Positions 12,590 through 21,847 of a stretch of 44,926 nucleotides of DNA are shown in pieces. Position 1 is the stretch's first letter; each line of letters begins with the position of its first letter. Under the pieces are notes generated by a model, which saw only the letters and a list, made by a program, of their open reading frames with translations, was not told where the DNA came from and made no database searches. The stretch comes from Basidiobolus meristosporus CBS 931.73 (lineage: Eukaryota; Fungi; Basidiobolomycota), in assembly GCA_002104905.1 (NCBI GenBank), contig MCFE01000688.1, forward strand, positions 1 to 44,926, written 5' to 3'. The position numbers and the translations under genes are program-made.

Positions 12590-13265
12590 ACCTTATGATC
12601 GTCTATATAAGTATCAGTCAGTAATAACTTGGCAAGTAGAATGCTGCCAGCTTGATGCGATAGATGCTCCATCTTACCATCAGGCGCCAAAGTAAGTTTG
12701 TCTATCTATCATAGCCATCATGGTTATTGAACAAACGCTCAAAAGATACTCTCCACAAAGCTCAGATGGTCATAAGATCTTATGCGTGCTGTGGGGCAGA
12801 CAAGAGGTTGAATCAGAGTCCTCGTATGGAAGCCGGTGAGGGACAGCTGTGGTAGGGAGTGATGGAGGTTCAATAGGACGTAATCCCCGTCTCTCATCGC
12901 GTATCTCCCCGATTTTGTCCCCACGTCTTTAGCAAAGTCTTCGCGAACCCCGACCTCGTGGAACCTTTCACTAAGCACCGATACTTACATTTCACTTGGG
13001 ATAAATACCTAAGTTGGTAAAGCCTTTCACCTTATCTACACATCAACTGGGCGTGTCTTTCACCACCACTATCAGTAGTGGGAAGGCTATAAAGATTCGT
13101 GTTTTGAATAGATTTCCACAAGAGCCAGTGAGTTCTTTCACTCTACGAATATATATGCATGCATTCGATCCGGTTTTATACTTACAGCGAATAGAAATTC
13201 AAGCCACGCACACTAAAACAAGCTACTCATACTATAAAATTGTAGCGCCCGTACTTCACTTGACT
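12590..13265 (-). pseudogene. Repeated module C, copy 3 (longest)
   Basis: Minus-strand frames read DSGGERHAQLMCR*GERLYQLRYLSQ, then EIRDERRGLRPIEPPSLPTTAVPHRLPYEDSDSTSCLPHSTHKIL*PSELCGEYLLSVCSITMMAM. Matches 19030-19665. Confidence 0.5.
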
Positions 13266-13466
13266 TAAGCCTTATTATGTTACTAGTAGCAAGGAACGGG
13301 CTCGCTTGGCTAGAAACTGAAGTAAGGGTAATACACCCAGGAGTGATCAAATATTCCCCTTCATTGCCATGGTAACTCTGCCTATCTCTCCTTGCCTACC
13401 GTCCCTATCCCCTTAAAGCTCTATACAGTCCTCTTCAGTATCCAATTCAGTGGTGAAACACACACA

Positions 13467-13747
13467 ATGCGATTCAATACCCTTCTCTGCTCCTTAACCG
13501 TGGCACTGCTAACCCGCGTGTCGACATCAGCTCATGTCGACACGTGACCTGCAAACCGGTAGATATCACAAGCATCACTTCCGGTCCACCCGGCACCTCC
13601 GCCAAAGTAATCCTGTACCCTTCCCTGCAAGATTGCAACCGTAAAAGGAACACGACTGCTACGATTACCTCTAAACAACTCAAGATATACATCGCGAAGT
13701 ACGGAAAAGAAGTGACCGTTGGAGCAGTGAGAGTCTCTGCCAACTAG
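13467..13747 (+). pseudogene. Family A pseudogene, copy 3
   Basis: ATG 13467 gives MRFNTLLCSLTVALLTRVSTSAHVDT* (TGA 13545-13547). The exon-2-like frame (TCKPVDITSIT...GAVRVSAN*) stays open but is out of frame. Confidence 0.85.
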
Positions 13748-13872
13748 CATTCTCAATAAGAGTCATAATCACATGGCCATTCACTATCAATAGATAAAAT
13801 GCAACGGTACTTTATTCAAGCACATAGGCAAGTTGTATTGTTGGAGTGGATGAAAGCCTTGATTCTTACTAT
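13748..13872. terminator. Conserved ~125-bp convergent intergenic/3'-end region between family A and GY genes
   Basis: The block ctctcaataagagtcataatcacatggccattcactatcaatagataaaatgcaacggtactttattcaagc recurs at ~7380, 20130, 22950 and 24820. It includes a minus-strand AATAAA (13811-13816), the probable poly(A) signal of the GY gene. Confidence 0.6.
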
Positions 13873-14322
13873 TCAGCAACCCCAGTCGCATCCACCATAC
13901 CCTCCATATCCCCCGTAGCGTCCATATCCCCACCGACCTCCATAACCACCGTAGCGACCGTAGCGTCCTCGTCCCCAGTATCTGCCCCTCCGCCGCCCAT
14001 ATCCACCGTATCTCCCCCATAGCTGGGCCTCTTCAGGATTGCCCTCCTCTTCCTCGACTCCTTGGTCGGCGTCTTGCTTATCCGAGAGGGTCTGATCGAA
14101 CGCATTTCTTGACATCTGGCCGAGAATGCCATCGATGTAGTGTCGAATATTCTGCGCATCCTCTTCCTTGTTGGACGAGAACCTCTTCACCACTTGGCCA
14201 CTTTGTGGATCCCTATCGGAGATGGATGCGCTCGCTACATTTGTGCTTGACACATCCACGGGACTTCCAAAGGCATTGACGGCCATTAGTAGAGCACAAG
14301 CTGCGGTAAGTTGTTTGTACAT
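13873..14322 (-). CDS. Secreted Gly/Tyr/Arg/Trp-rich peptide precursor, type A (149 aa, intact)
   Basis: MYKQLTAACALLMAVNAFG|SP signal-like segment; acidic pro region (DKQDADQGVEEEEGNPEEAQL); 48-aa core with 21 G, 10 Y, 10 R, 4 W, 2 C, 1 D; TATATAAA 40 bp upstream. Confidence 0.92.
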   Translation of the reverse strand: MYKQLTAACALLMAVNAFGSPVDVSSTNVASASISDRDPQSGQVVKRFSSNKEEDAQNIRHYIDGILGQMSRNAFDQTLSDKQDADQGVEEEEGNPEEAQLWGRYGGYGRRRGRYWGRGRYGRYGGYGGRWGYGRYGGYGGYGGCDWGC

Positions 14323-14361
14323 TGTGAATGTTGAATACTCAAATAAAGCTCAGCACCAGTC

Positions 14362-14369
14362 TTTATATA
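14362..14369 (-). promoter_or_regulatory. TATA box (TATATAAA) of type A GY gene
   Basis: Sits 40 nt upstream of the ATG; same motif and spacing at 20743-20750 and 25413-25420. Confidence 0.65.
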
Positions 14370-14690
14370 CACATACAAGATGGAGGTTGATTGATATCGC
14401 ATCTAGGAAGCCTCAGTCAAATGATGTAGTATATTTTGGAGGCAACCACCGCAGCCAAAGTACAAACACTCGATTTCTGTTAACAACAACACTAGTCGTG
14501 GTATAGAGATTTCTATACTATGTTATATGAAAGCGGCAAGTATTTCTCTCATAAACGGAAATGGGTAGAAAACCAGTGAGAGCCTCAAAAGAGAGCCTCA
14601 AAAATTGGCCTTTATTTGGCATGATTTAGAGTTGTGGATGATCGCAATATTGGTAGTAAGCTTAACAGCATGATGTATTAAATTAGCAGC

Positions 14691-14990
14691 TCAAGCAAAC
14701 CCTCCAAGTTCCCAGCGACCATCATAGTCCCCGCAAACCTCCAAATCCACTGTAGCGTCCATATCCCCAATGCCTGCCTCTCTATTGTATCTCCCCCACA
14801 ACTGGGCTTCTGGATCACTTTCCTCCTCCTCTGAGGCTCCTTAATTAGAGACAATATTTAGGAATGTACTCTTTTATATTTGGCCAAGAAGGCCATCAAT
14901 ATAGCCTCAAATATTATGCGCATCTTCCTCCTTGTCAGACTGGAATTGCCATTGTATATTTTGGAAGCAATCACCCCTCTATAAGCTTCA
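14691..14990 (-). pseudogene. Divergent GY precursor relic, type C (C-terminus ...GRWELGGFA*)
   Basis: Minus strand reads QFQSDKEEDAHNI*GYIDGLLGQI*...EEEESDPEAQLWGRYN, with frameshifts, then WGYGRYSGFGG. The 3' end is shared with 21072-21110, and the 5' part is replaced by unique sequence from ~15000. Confidence 0.75.
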
Positions 14991-15332
14991 ACTTACAAAT
15001 ATTCTATCACAACGGTAATAGACTTCTACAAGTTTATTTGCAATATGATTGTGTATTAACACGCATATAGATTGAATCTATAGGTTACACTGTCAATATG
15101 ATAACCAGTTATCCACCTGCCTAGGCATGTATTGGACTTTTCAAGTTTGGCAAAGTTGCCAATATACCACTCATTATAGATTAAACTTGAAAATTTATGT
15201 GTATTTATTTTTGCTGGCTTGTCTATGGCTTCTTGTTTATAAAACTCTTTGTTTACCATGCATGGAGCTTTGATTGCTTTGTCTCCAGGTGGAGATCTAA
15301 ACCCCACCTGAAAACAAAGCTATTTTGGGAAT

Positions 15333-16325
15333 ATGCAAACCCACCTTGAATGGACCAATGAGCACCCTACAGTTGCTAGTGCTGTAAAGCTCTGCTTGGA
15401 GGTCAGAAGCTGGCAAGAGGCCCACAGAATAATCTCAACCGTCAAGGCAATTCTTCATCGCTTCAAAATTACATCAACTTCATCAGGTGGCATATTTACC
15501 ACTGTTTATTGCGATGGAACTTCAATGGAGGATGATTTGAGGTTTCTTGAGCATGCAACTAGCCATTTACTGCTGAATTCTATTCAAGCAGCAAATAGCT
15601 ACAACATTACGCCCTTTTCCACTGCAACAGTGCTTAACACTGGAAATATTAGCAATATTCAGAATCCAAAGGTATCCCAATTCATTTGCGACATTCAGCA
15701 ATACACAACAAAGTTCAGATTGGCCAAGCAGCTAGCAAAGGATGCTGGCTGCTCACCTTCAGAAACACAAGAATCTGGTGCGTATGGCTACGGTAGTCAA
15801 CAAATGCCAATATCAATATTAGGATTCTTGCGCATGTTATCAAAGGATGTACATCAGTGCAGAATTATGGAAGAAGCAGCCACTGGAGCATCCAATGCAT
15901 TTTACTATAACCTTTACAGCTGCTATAGTACCTTTGCAAGAATGACACTGACAAACCACCAACCATCCACAATTCAAACTGCTCTTGGGGCCAGCAAGAT
16001 CATTCTACACGCATTACGGTTTACAATACGTAAGCAATATCCTCATTTTAACTATAACCGTTTTAAGCAGGCTCTGGACCGGGCTGGGCCAGTATATATG
16101 ATCACAAACTTCTTAGGCACTGGTATTTTGTCCTACCCTACAATATTTTCAGCTAACCAATTAGCTGAGATGAAATCTGAGAATTTGCAATATCTTTACA
16201 GATATTTTGCACAAAACCCTAATATGCGAAACTCATTTTGCAAAGAGTTTGAAACAGATGAATTTGAAATATTCGCTATTGATGAAATATTTGATCCATG
16301 GGCTAGCTGCTTCTGGAATAGATAG
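15333..16325 (+). CDS. Orphan intronless 330-aa protein, single copy; weak resemblance to a mononegavirus nucleoprotein
   Basis: By far the longest ORF in the window; in-frame stop at 15309-15311 fixes the ATG; AATAAA at ~16380; no signal peptide. GPVYMITNFLGTGILSYPTIFS loosely echoes the G..APYM...SYPLLWS block of paramyxovirus N (eye-level similarity only). Confidence 0.7.
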   Translation: MQTHLEWTNEHPTVASAVKLCLEVRSWQEAHRIISTVKAILHRFKITSTSSGGIFTTVYCDGTSMEDDLRFLEHATSHLLLNSIQAANSYNITPFSTATVLNTGNISNIQNPKVSQFICDIQQYTTKFRLAKQLAKDAGCSPSETQESGAYGYGSQQMPISILGFLRMLSKDVHQCRIMEEAATGASNAFYYNLYSCYSTFARMTLTNHQPSTIQTALGASKIILHALRFTIRKQYPHFNYNRFKQALDRAGPVYMITNFLGTGILSYPTIFSANQLAEMKSENLQYLYRYFAQNPNMRNSFCKEFETDEFEIFAIDEIFDPWASCFWNR

Positions 16326-16601
16326 CTACATGAGTATAATTACCATCTATATATTACTCCCCTATTATAATACCTCCCATAATAAAGTTATCAATGTTGT
16401 CACTCTCCAACCATATAGTTGATATTCTATAGGACTTTGAATAAGCGTGATGAATTGGCATCATATCTGTTCTTCCAATAATCAAGTATTCCCCTTCATT
16501 GTCATGGTAACTCTACCTGTTTCTCCTTGCCAACCGTGCTTATCCCCTTATAGCTCTATACAATCTTCTTTAATATTCAATTCAACGGTGAGACACACAC
16601 A

Positions 16602-16794
16602 GTGCGATTTAATACCGTTCTCTGCTCCTTAACCATTAACCTGCGTATCAACCTCAGCTCATGCCAACACGTGACCACCCAGCACCTCCGCCAAAGCAAT
16701 CCTGCACCCTTCTCTGCAAGATAACTACAGGAAAAGGAACAGGATTGCTGCGATTACCATTAAACAACGGAAAAGAAGTGACCATTGAAGCTAG
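16602..16794 (+). pseudogene. Family A pseudogene, copy 4 (multiple deletions)
   Basis: GTG start; shared deletion plus further deletions; still recognisable (cctccgccaaagcaatcctg...aggattgctgcgattacc). Confidence 0.8.
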
Positions 16795-16945
16795 CATTGC
16801 ATTCACAATAAGAGTTGTACATCCCATCGAATTATACACATGACCATTCACTATTGATAGATAAAATGCAACAGTACTTTATTCATTGCTGGAGTGAATG
16901 AAAGCATTGGTTCTTACGATTGAAAAAACTGCGAATGGAGCTTAA

Positions 16946-17338
16946 TCAGCAACCCCAGTCGCATCCACCATAGCCTCCATATCCCCCGTAGCGTCCATAT
17001 CTCCATCGACCTCCATAACCACCGTAGCAACCGTAACGTCCTCGTCACCAGTATCTGCCCCATAGCTCGGCCTCTTCTGGATTGCCCTCCTCTTCCTCAA
17101 CTCCTTGATCGGCGCCTTGCTTGCTCGATCGAACGTATTCCTTGACATCTGGCTGAGAATACCATCGATGTAGTGTCGAAAATTCTGCGCATCCTCCTCC
17201 CTGTTGGACGAGAACTTCTTCACCACTTGGCCGCTTTGTGGGTTTCTATCGGAGATTTGTGCTTGACACATCCACGGGACTTCCAAAGGCACTGACGACC
17301 ATTAGTAGAGCGCAAGCTGCGGTAAGTTGTTTGTACAT
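16946..17338 (-). pseudogene. GY precursor pseudogene (same 17-nt deletion as 7504-7936, plus ~10-nt and ~30-nt deletions)
   Basis: ATG at 17338, stop TGA at 16946-16948; has the ggagatttgtgc junction identical to the 7504 copy. Confidence 0.9.
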
Positions 17339-17731
17339 GGTGAATGTTGAATACTCCAATAAAGCTCGGCACCAGCCTTTATATACAGGGACAGCTTTTG
17401 GCCAAGACGGAGGTTTATAGACATCACATCTAGGAAGCTTCGCGAAATTGATGGGTTTCGGACGAACGATATATTATATTTTGCATCTATTCTACAGGCA
17501 TTAGGAAGATACAATAAGAGCCTCTAGAATAGTGTCACCATATAGTATATACTAATTAATCGTCATATTAGTAGTAGTCAGACCATTAGATACTATAGAA
17601 AGCAGAATGTAAAGTAAAATGGTTCGTACAGTCCAGGTCGACAGCACCACATGAATATAAGAAAGCTATAGACGGCATTCATGGAAGATTTCGAAAAAAA
17701 AGACTTTACTAACAGCACACCTTTGAAAAGT

Positions 17732-17794
17732 AGGGGTTGCCACCGCATATGAGGCAATTAGGAGAGCAAAGGTGACGGAGAAGTGCTTGTACAT
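17732..17794 (-). pseudogene. Type B GY gene fragment (signal peptide only)
   Basis: MYKHFSVTFALLIASYAVATP followed directly by spacer sequence; the rest of the gene is deleted. Confidence 0.8.
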
Positions 17795-17814
17795 TGTGAA
17801 TCTTAGCGAACCAA

Positions 17815-17970
17815 GGCATCAGTCATATGCCTGACGGTAAGACTATAGAGATTTCAATGAGTTATTTCACTCTACAAATATATGCATGCATTTAATCAGG
17901 TTTTGCACTTATAGCAACTATTGCAGTTGTTTACATATATGAACCCAAGGCATACACGATAAAATTGTAG
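17815..17970 (-). pseudogene. Repeated module C, copy 4 (fragment)
   Basis: cagtcatatgcctgacggtaagactatagagatttcaatgagttatttcactctac matches 6868-6925 and 10457-10510. Confidence 0.5.
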
Positions 17971-18179
17971 TGATTCAAGTCTTTTTGTGATTTTAGTAGC
18001 AAGGAACGGGCTCTCTTGGCTAGAAACTGAAGTAATCATATGCGTACTCCCAAGACTGAAAAAAGTACTCTAATAGAATATTCCCCTTCACTGCCCGTCT
18101 CTCCTTGCCCACCGTGCTTATCCCCTTATAGCTCTACACAATCTTCTTTAATATTCGATTTGACGGTAAAACACACACA

Positions 18180-18414
18180 GTGCGATGCAATACCGTTCTC
18201 TGCTCCTTAACCGTGGCATTGCTAACCCGCGTATCAACATCGGCTCATGCTAACACGTGTCCGGTAGATACCGCAAGCATCACTTTTGGACTATCCAGCA
18301 CCTCCGCCAAAGCAATCATGTACCCTTCTCTGTAAGATTGCAACAGGAAAAGGAACAGGATTGTTGCGACTGCTTCCAAATAACGGAAAAGAAGTAGGAG
18401 TCTCTGCCAAGTAG
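18180..18414 (+). pseudogene. Family A pseudogene, copy 5
   Basis: Same lesions as 10854-11088 (GTG start, extra ~8-nt loss, YPSL*). Confidence 0.85.
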
Positions 18415-18518
18415 CATTCACAATCAGAGTTATACATATGACCATTCACTATCGATAGATAAAATGCGACAGTACTTTATTCGTTGCTGGAGTGAATGAA
18501 AGCCTTGACTCTTATTAT

Positions 18519-18752
18519 TCAGCAACCCCAGTCGCATTCACCATACCCTCCATAACCACCGTAGCGACCGTAACGTCCTCGTCCCCAGTATCTGCCCCTC
18601 CACCGCCCATACCCGCCGTATCTCCCCCATAGCTCGGCCTCTTCGGGATTGCCTTCCTCTTCCTCGACTCCTTGGTCAGCATTCGCCATCTCCATGTACC
18701 AATGTATCCTATCACCGTATCCCCTTCCGTTGCTGCCACAAATCATATTCAT
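18519..18752 (-). CDS. Chimeric, signal-peptide-less GY-rich ORF (77 aa); possibly a pseudogene
   Basis: Duplicate of 11217-11468 with a shorter core: WGRYGGYGRWRGRYWGRGRYGRYGGYGGYGECDWGC. Confidence 0.5.
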   Translation of the reverse strand: MNMICGSNGRGYGDRIHWYMEMANADQGVEEEEGNPEEAELWGRYGGYGRWRGRYWGRGRYGRYGGYGGYGECDWGC

Positions 18753-19029
18753 TAAAGGGTGGCATGGTTGATCGTAACATTTGTCACATCTGTTGAACCT
18801 ATCTAGCTACATCCAACTCCAGTGTTTATTCCTAGTCAGTTACGCATACAGTCAACCTGCCGCAATACATCCTCAAGTATAGGTCAGCTGAACGAGGAAT
18901 AAATAAGCTTAAAGTTAGGATGCTATAATATAGAAATTAGTATACTTCTGTACTTATCTTACAGTGCATATAGCTTGCTTGCAAGTAACTTCATTGTAGG
19001 TGCTGATAATAATTTTTGAGTGTGACTGC

Positions 19030-19665
19030 AATGAACCTTATAAGTATCAGTCAGTAATAACTTGACAAGTAGAATGCTGCCAGCTTCATGTGACAGATAC
19101 TCCAACATGAGTGTATTTATCTACCATATCCATCATGGTTATTAAGCAAACGCTCAAAAGATATTCTCCACAAAGATCAGATGGTCACAAGATCTTATCC
19201 GTGTTGTAGGGCAGACGAGAGGTTGATTCAGAATCCTTGTATGGAAGGCGGTGAGGGACAGCCGTTGTAGAGAGAGATGGAGGTTCAATAGGGCTTAATC
19301 CCCGTCTCTTATCGCGTATCTCTCCAGTTTCGTCCCCACGTCTCTAGCCCGACCTCGTGCAACCTTTCACTAAGCAGTAATACTTACATGCCACTTGGGA
19401 TAAATACCCAAGCTGGTAAAGCCTTTCACCTAATCTACGCACCAACCGGGCGTGTCTTTCACCACCACTATCAGTCATGGAAAGGCTATAAAGATTTGTG
19501 TTTTGAATAAATTTTACCACGAGCCAGTGAGTTATTTCACTCTACGAATATATATACATGCATTCAATCCGGTTTTACACTTACAGCGAATAGAAATTCA
19601 AGTCACACACACTAAAACAAGCTACTCATACTATAAAATTGTAGCGCCCGTACTTCACTTGATTT
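19030..19665 (-). pseudogene. Repeated module C, copy 5
   Basis: Collinear with 12590-13265; minus frame MTDSGGERHARLVRRLGERLYQLGYLSQVA. Confidence 0.5.
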
Positions 19666-19865
19666 AAGCCTTTTTATGTTACTAGTAGCAAGGAACGGGC
19701 TCGCTTGGCTAGAAACTGAAGTAAGGGTAATACACCCAGGAGTGATCAAATATTCCCCTTCATTGCCATGGTAACTCTGCCTATCTCTCCTTGCCTACCG
19801 TCCCTATCCCCTTAAAGCTCTATACAGTCCTCTTCAGGATTCAATTCAGTGGTGAAACGCACACA

Positions 19866-20128
19866 ATGCGATTCAATACCCTTCTCTGCTCCTTAACCGT
19901 GTCAACATCAGCTCATGTCAACACGTGACCTGCGAACCGGTAGATATCACAAGCATCACTTCCGGTCCACCCAGCACCTCCGCCAAAGTAATCCTGTACC
20001 CTTCCCTGCAAGATTGCAACCGTAAAAGGAACATGACTGCTACGATTACCTCTAAACAACTCGAGAGATACATCGCGAAGTACGGAAAAGAAGTGACCGT
20101 TGGAGCAGTGAGAGTCTCTGCCAACTAG
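19866..20128 (+). pseudogene. Family A pseudogene, copy 6
   Basis: ATG 19866; shared deletion plus an 18-nt loss in the signal region; downstream frame TCEPVDITSIT...GAVRVSAN* is out of frame. Confidence 0.85.
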
Positions 20129-20253
20129 CATTCTCGATAAGAGTCATAATCACATGGCCATTCACTATCAATAGATAAATTGCAACGGTACTTTATTCAA
20201 GCACATAGGCAAGTTGTATTGTTGGAGTGGATGAAAGCCTTGATTCTTATTAT

Positions 20254-20703
20254 TCAGCAACCCCAGTCGCATCCACCATACCCTCCATATCCCCCGTAGC
20301 GTCCATATCCCCATCGACCTCCATAACCACCGTAGCGACCGTAACCTCCTCGTCCCCAGTATCTGCCCCTCCGCCGCCCATATCCACCGTATCTCCCCCA
20401 TAGCTGGGCCTCTTCTGGATTGCCCTCCTCTTCCTCGACATCTTGGTCGGCGTCTTGCTTATCCGAGAGGGTCTGATCGAACGTATTTCTTGACATCTGG
20501 CCGAGAATGCCATCGATGTAGTGTCGAATATTCTGCGCATCCTCTTCCTTGTTGGACGAGAACCTCTTCACCACTTGGCCACTTTGTGGATCCCTATCGG
20601 AGATGGACGCGCTCGCTACATTTGTGCTTGACACATCTACGGGACTTCCAAAGGCACTGACGACCATTAGTAGAGCACAAGCTGCGGTAAGTTGGTTGTA
20701 CAT
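20254..20703 (-). CDS. Secreted GY-rich peptide precursor, type A (149 aa, intact)
   Basis: Near-identical to 13873-14322; one R>G in the core; TATA at 20743-20750. Confidence 0.92.
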   Translation of the reverse strand: MYNQLTAACALLMVVSAFGSPVDVSSTNVASASISDRDPQSGQVVKRFSSNKEEDAQNIRHYIDGILGQMSRNTFDQTLSDKQDADQDVEEEEGNPEEAQLWGRYGGYGRRRGRYWGRGGYGRYGGYGGRWGYGRYGGYGGYGGCDWGC

Positions 20704-21071
20704 TGTGAATGTTGAATACTCAAATAAAGCTCAGCACCAGTCTTTATATACACATACAAGATGGAGGTTGATTGATATCGCATCTAGGAAGCTTCAGTCA
20801 AATGATGTAGTATATTTCGGAGGCAACCACCGCAGCCAAAGTACAAACACTCGATTTCTGTTAACAACAACACCAGTCGTGGTATAGAGATTTCTATACT
20901 ATGTTATATGAAAGTGGCAAGTGTTTATCTCGTAAGCGGAAATGGGTAGATAAACAGCGAGAGCCTCAAAAGAGAGCCTCAAAAATTGGCCTTTATTTGG
21001 CATGATTTAGAGTTGTGGATGATCGCAATATTAGTAGTAAGCTTAACAGCATGATGTATTAAATTAGCAGC

Positions 21072-21254
21072 TCAAGCAAACCCTCCAAGTTCCCAGCGAC
21101 CATTATAGTCCCCGAAGTGACCATAACGACCTCGTCACCTGCCCTTTCTGGTGCGAGCACCTTCTTCCTACACACCGTTTCCTGGCTTTGGAGAAGAGAT
21201 GGATACACTTGTCACATTAAAAAGTATTAGAACGATGGAAAAGTACTTGCGCAT
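21072..21254 (-). pseudogene. Type C GY precursor relic (internally deleted)
   Basis: MRKYFSIVLILFNVTSVSISSPKPGNGV*EEGARTRKGR*RGRYGHFGDYNGRWELGGFA*. Confidence 0.75.
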
Positions 21255-21774
21255 GGTGAGCACCAAAGGATAAACGGAGCCTACTCTTGTGTATCTTTTA
21301 CGTTATCTATCCCACACTGGTCATCTTTTTGTTTGACCACCACCATTTGCCGTTCTTCACCAGAAGTCATCACCACCATCTGATTCCTTCGCTAGGAGAT
21401 GAATGAGTGGGCTACAAATGGGTAATACCTATGTGTAACACTCAATACTAAGCATGTACTCAAAATTTAAAGCTGAAGTGTAACAGAAACTACAACACTT
21501 TATTTACGCCTAGATCGCACTCACCATAATCGGTGTTACGATACTAATGGAAGTGAGCAGGCAACGCATCCGTGCCACATATGCAAGCCAACACTAGTCA
21601 TCCCAGTGTAATCGAACAATACAAGGAGCATTGCTTGAGTTCGATAGTTTCTCTAAAAAAAAGTGCTTAGCCCAAAGCGAATTTGGAAATTTCGGAGTGA
21701 ATACATTAGTACAGAATGTTCCGCTTCATCATGGTGGCTCAGCCTGTCTCTCCTTACAAGCCGGGCTAATTTCC

Positions 21775-21781
21775 TATAAAA
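21775..21781 (+). promoter_or_regulatory. TATA box (TATAAAA) of family A gene
   Basis: Lies ~67 nt upstream of ATG 21848; same motif at 24477-24483 and 25813-25819, within a conserved promoter block (catggt..ctcagcctgtctctcctt). Confidence 0.6.
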
Positions 21782-21847
21782 TCGCTTACAATGCTCACTT
21801 TCTTCATCAGGCGTACACATAGAAGCACACACACCGAGGCACGCACA

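Noticed and set aside
12508-12690. YIDD in DTYIDDHKVH as a reverse-transcriptase motif
   Set aside because: No upstream PFGL/QG motif, and the paralogous module C copies do not conserve it.
13474-13756. Minus-strand ORFs over the A copies (MAETLTAP..., MRMLVGRDSHC...GGGAGW...)
   Set aside because: The synonymous-change pattern, signal peptide, intron and TATA all support the plus-strand frame.
13869-14159. Overlapping 96-aa ORFs MRRIFDTTSMAF...DATGVAE (also 7500, 20250, 23084, 24938, 8582) and MGEIRWIWAAEG... (13787 etc.)
   Set aside because: These are alternative frames of the G-rich GY coding repeat, which lacks stops by composition. They have no signal peptide or TATA context of their own.
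14168-14506. Plus-strand ORFs MLDENLFTTWPLCGSLSEMD... (also 20549, 25219, 7740, 8839, 23355)
   Set aside because: Antisense shadows of the GY precursor genes.
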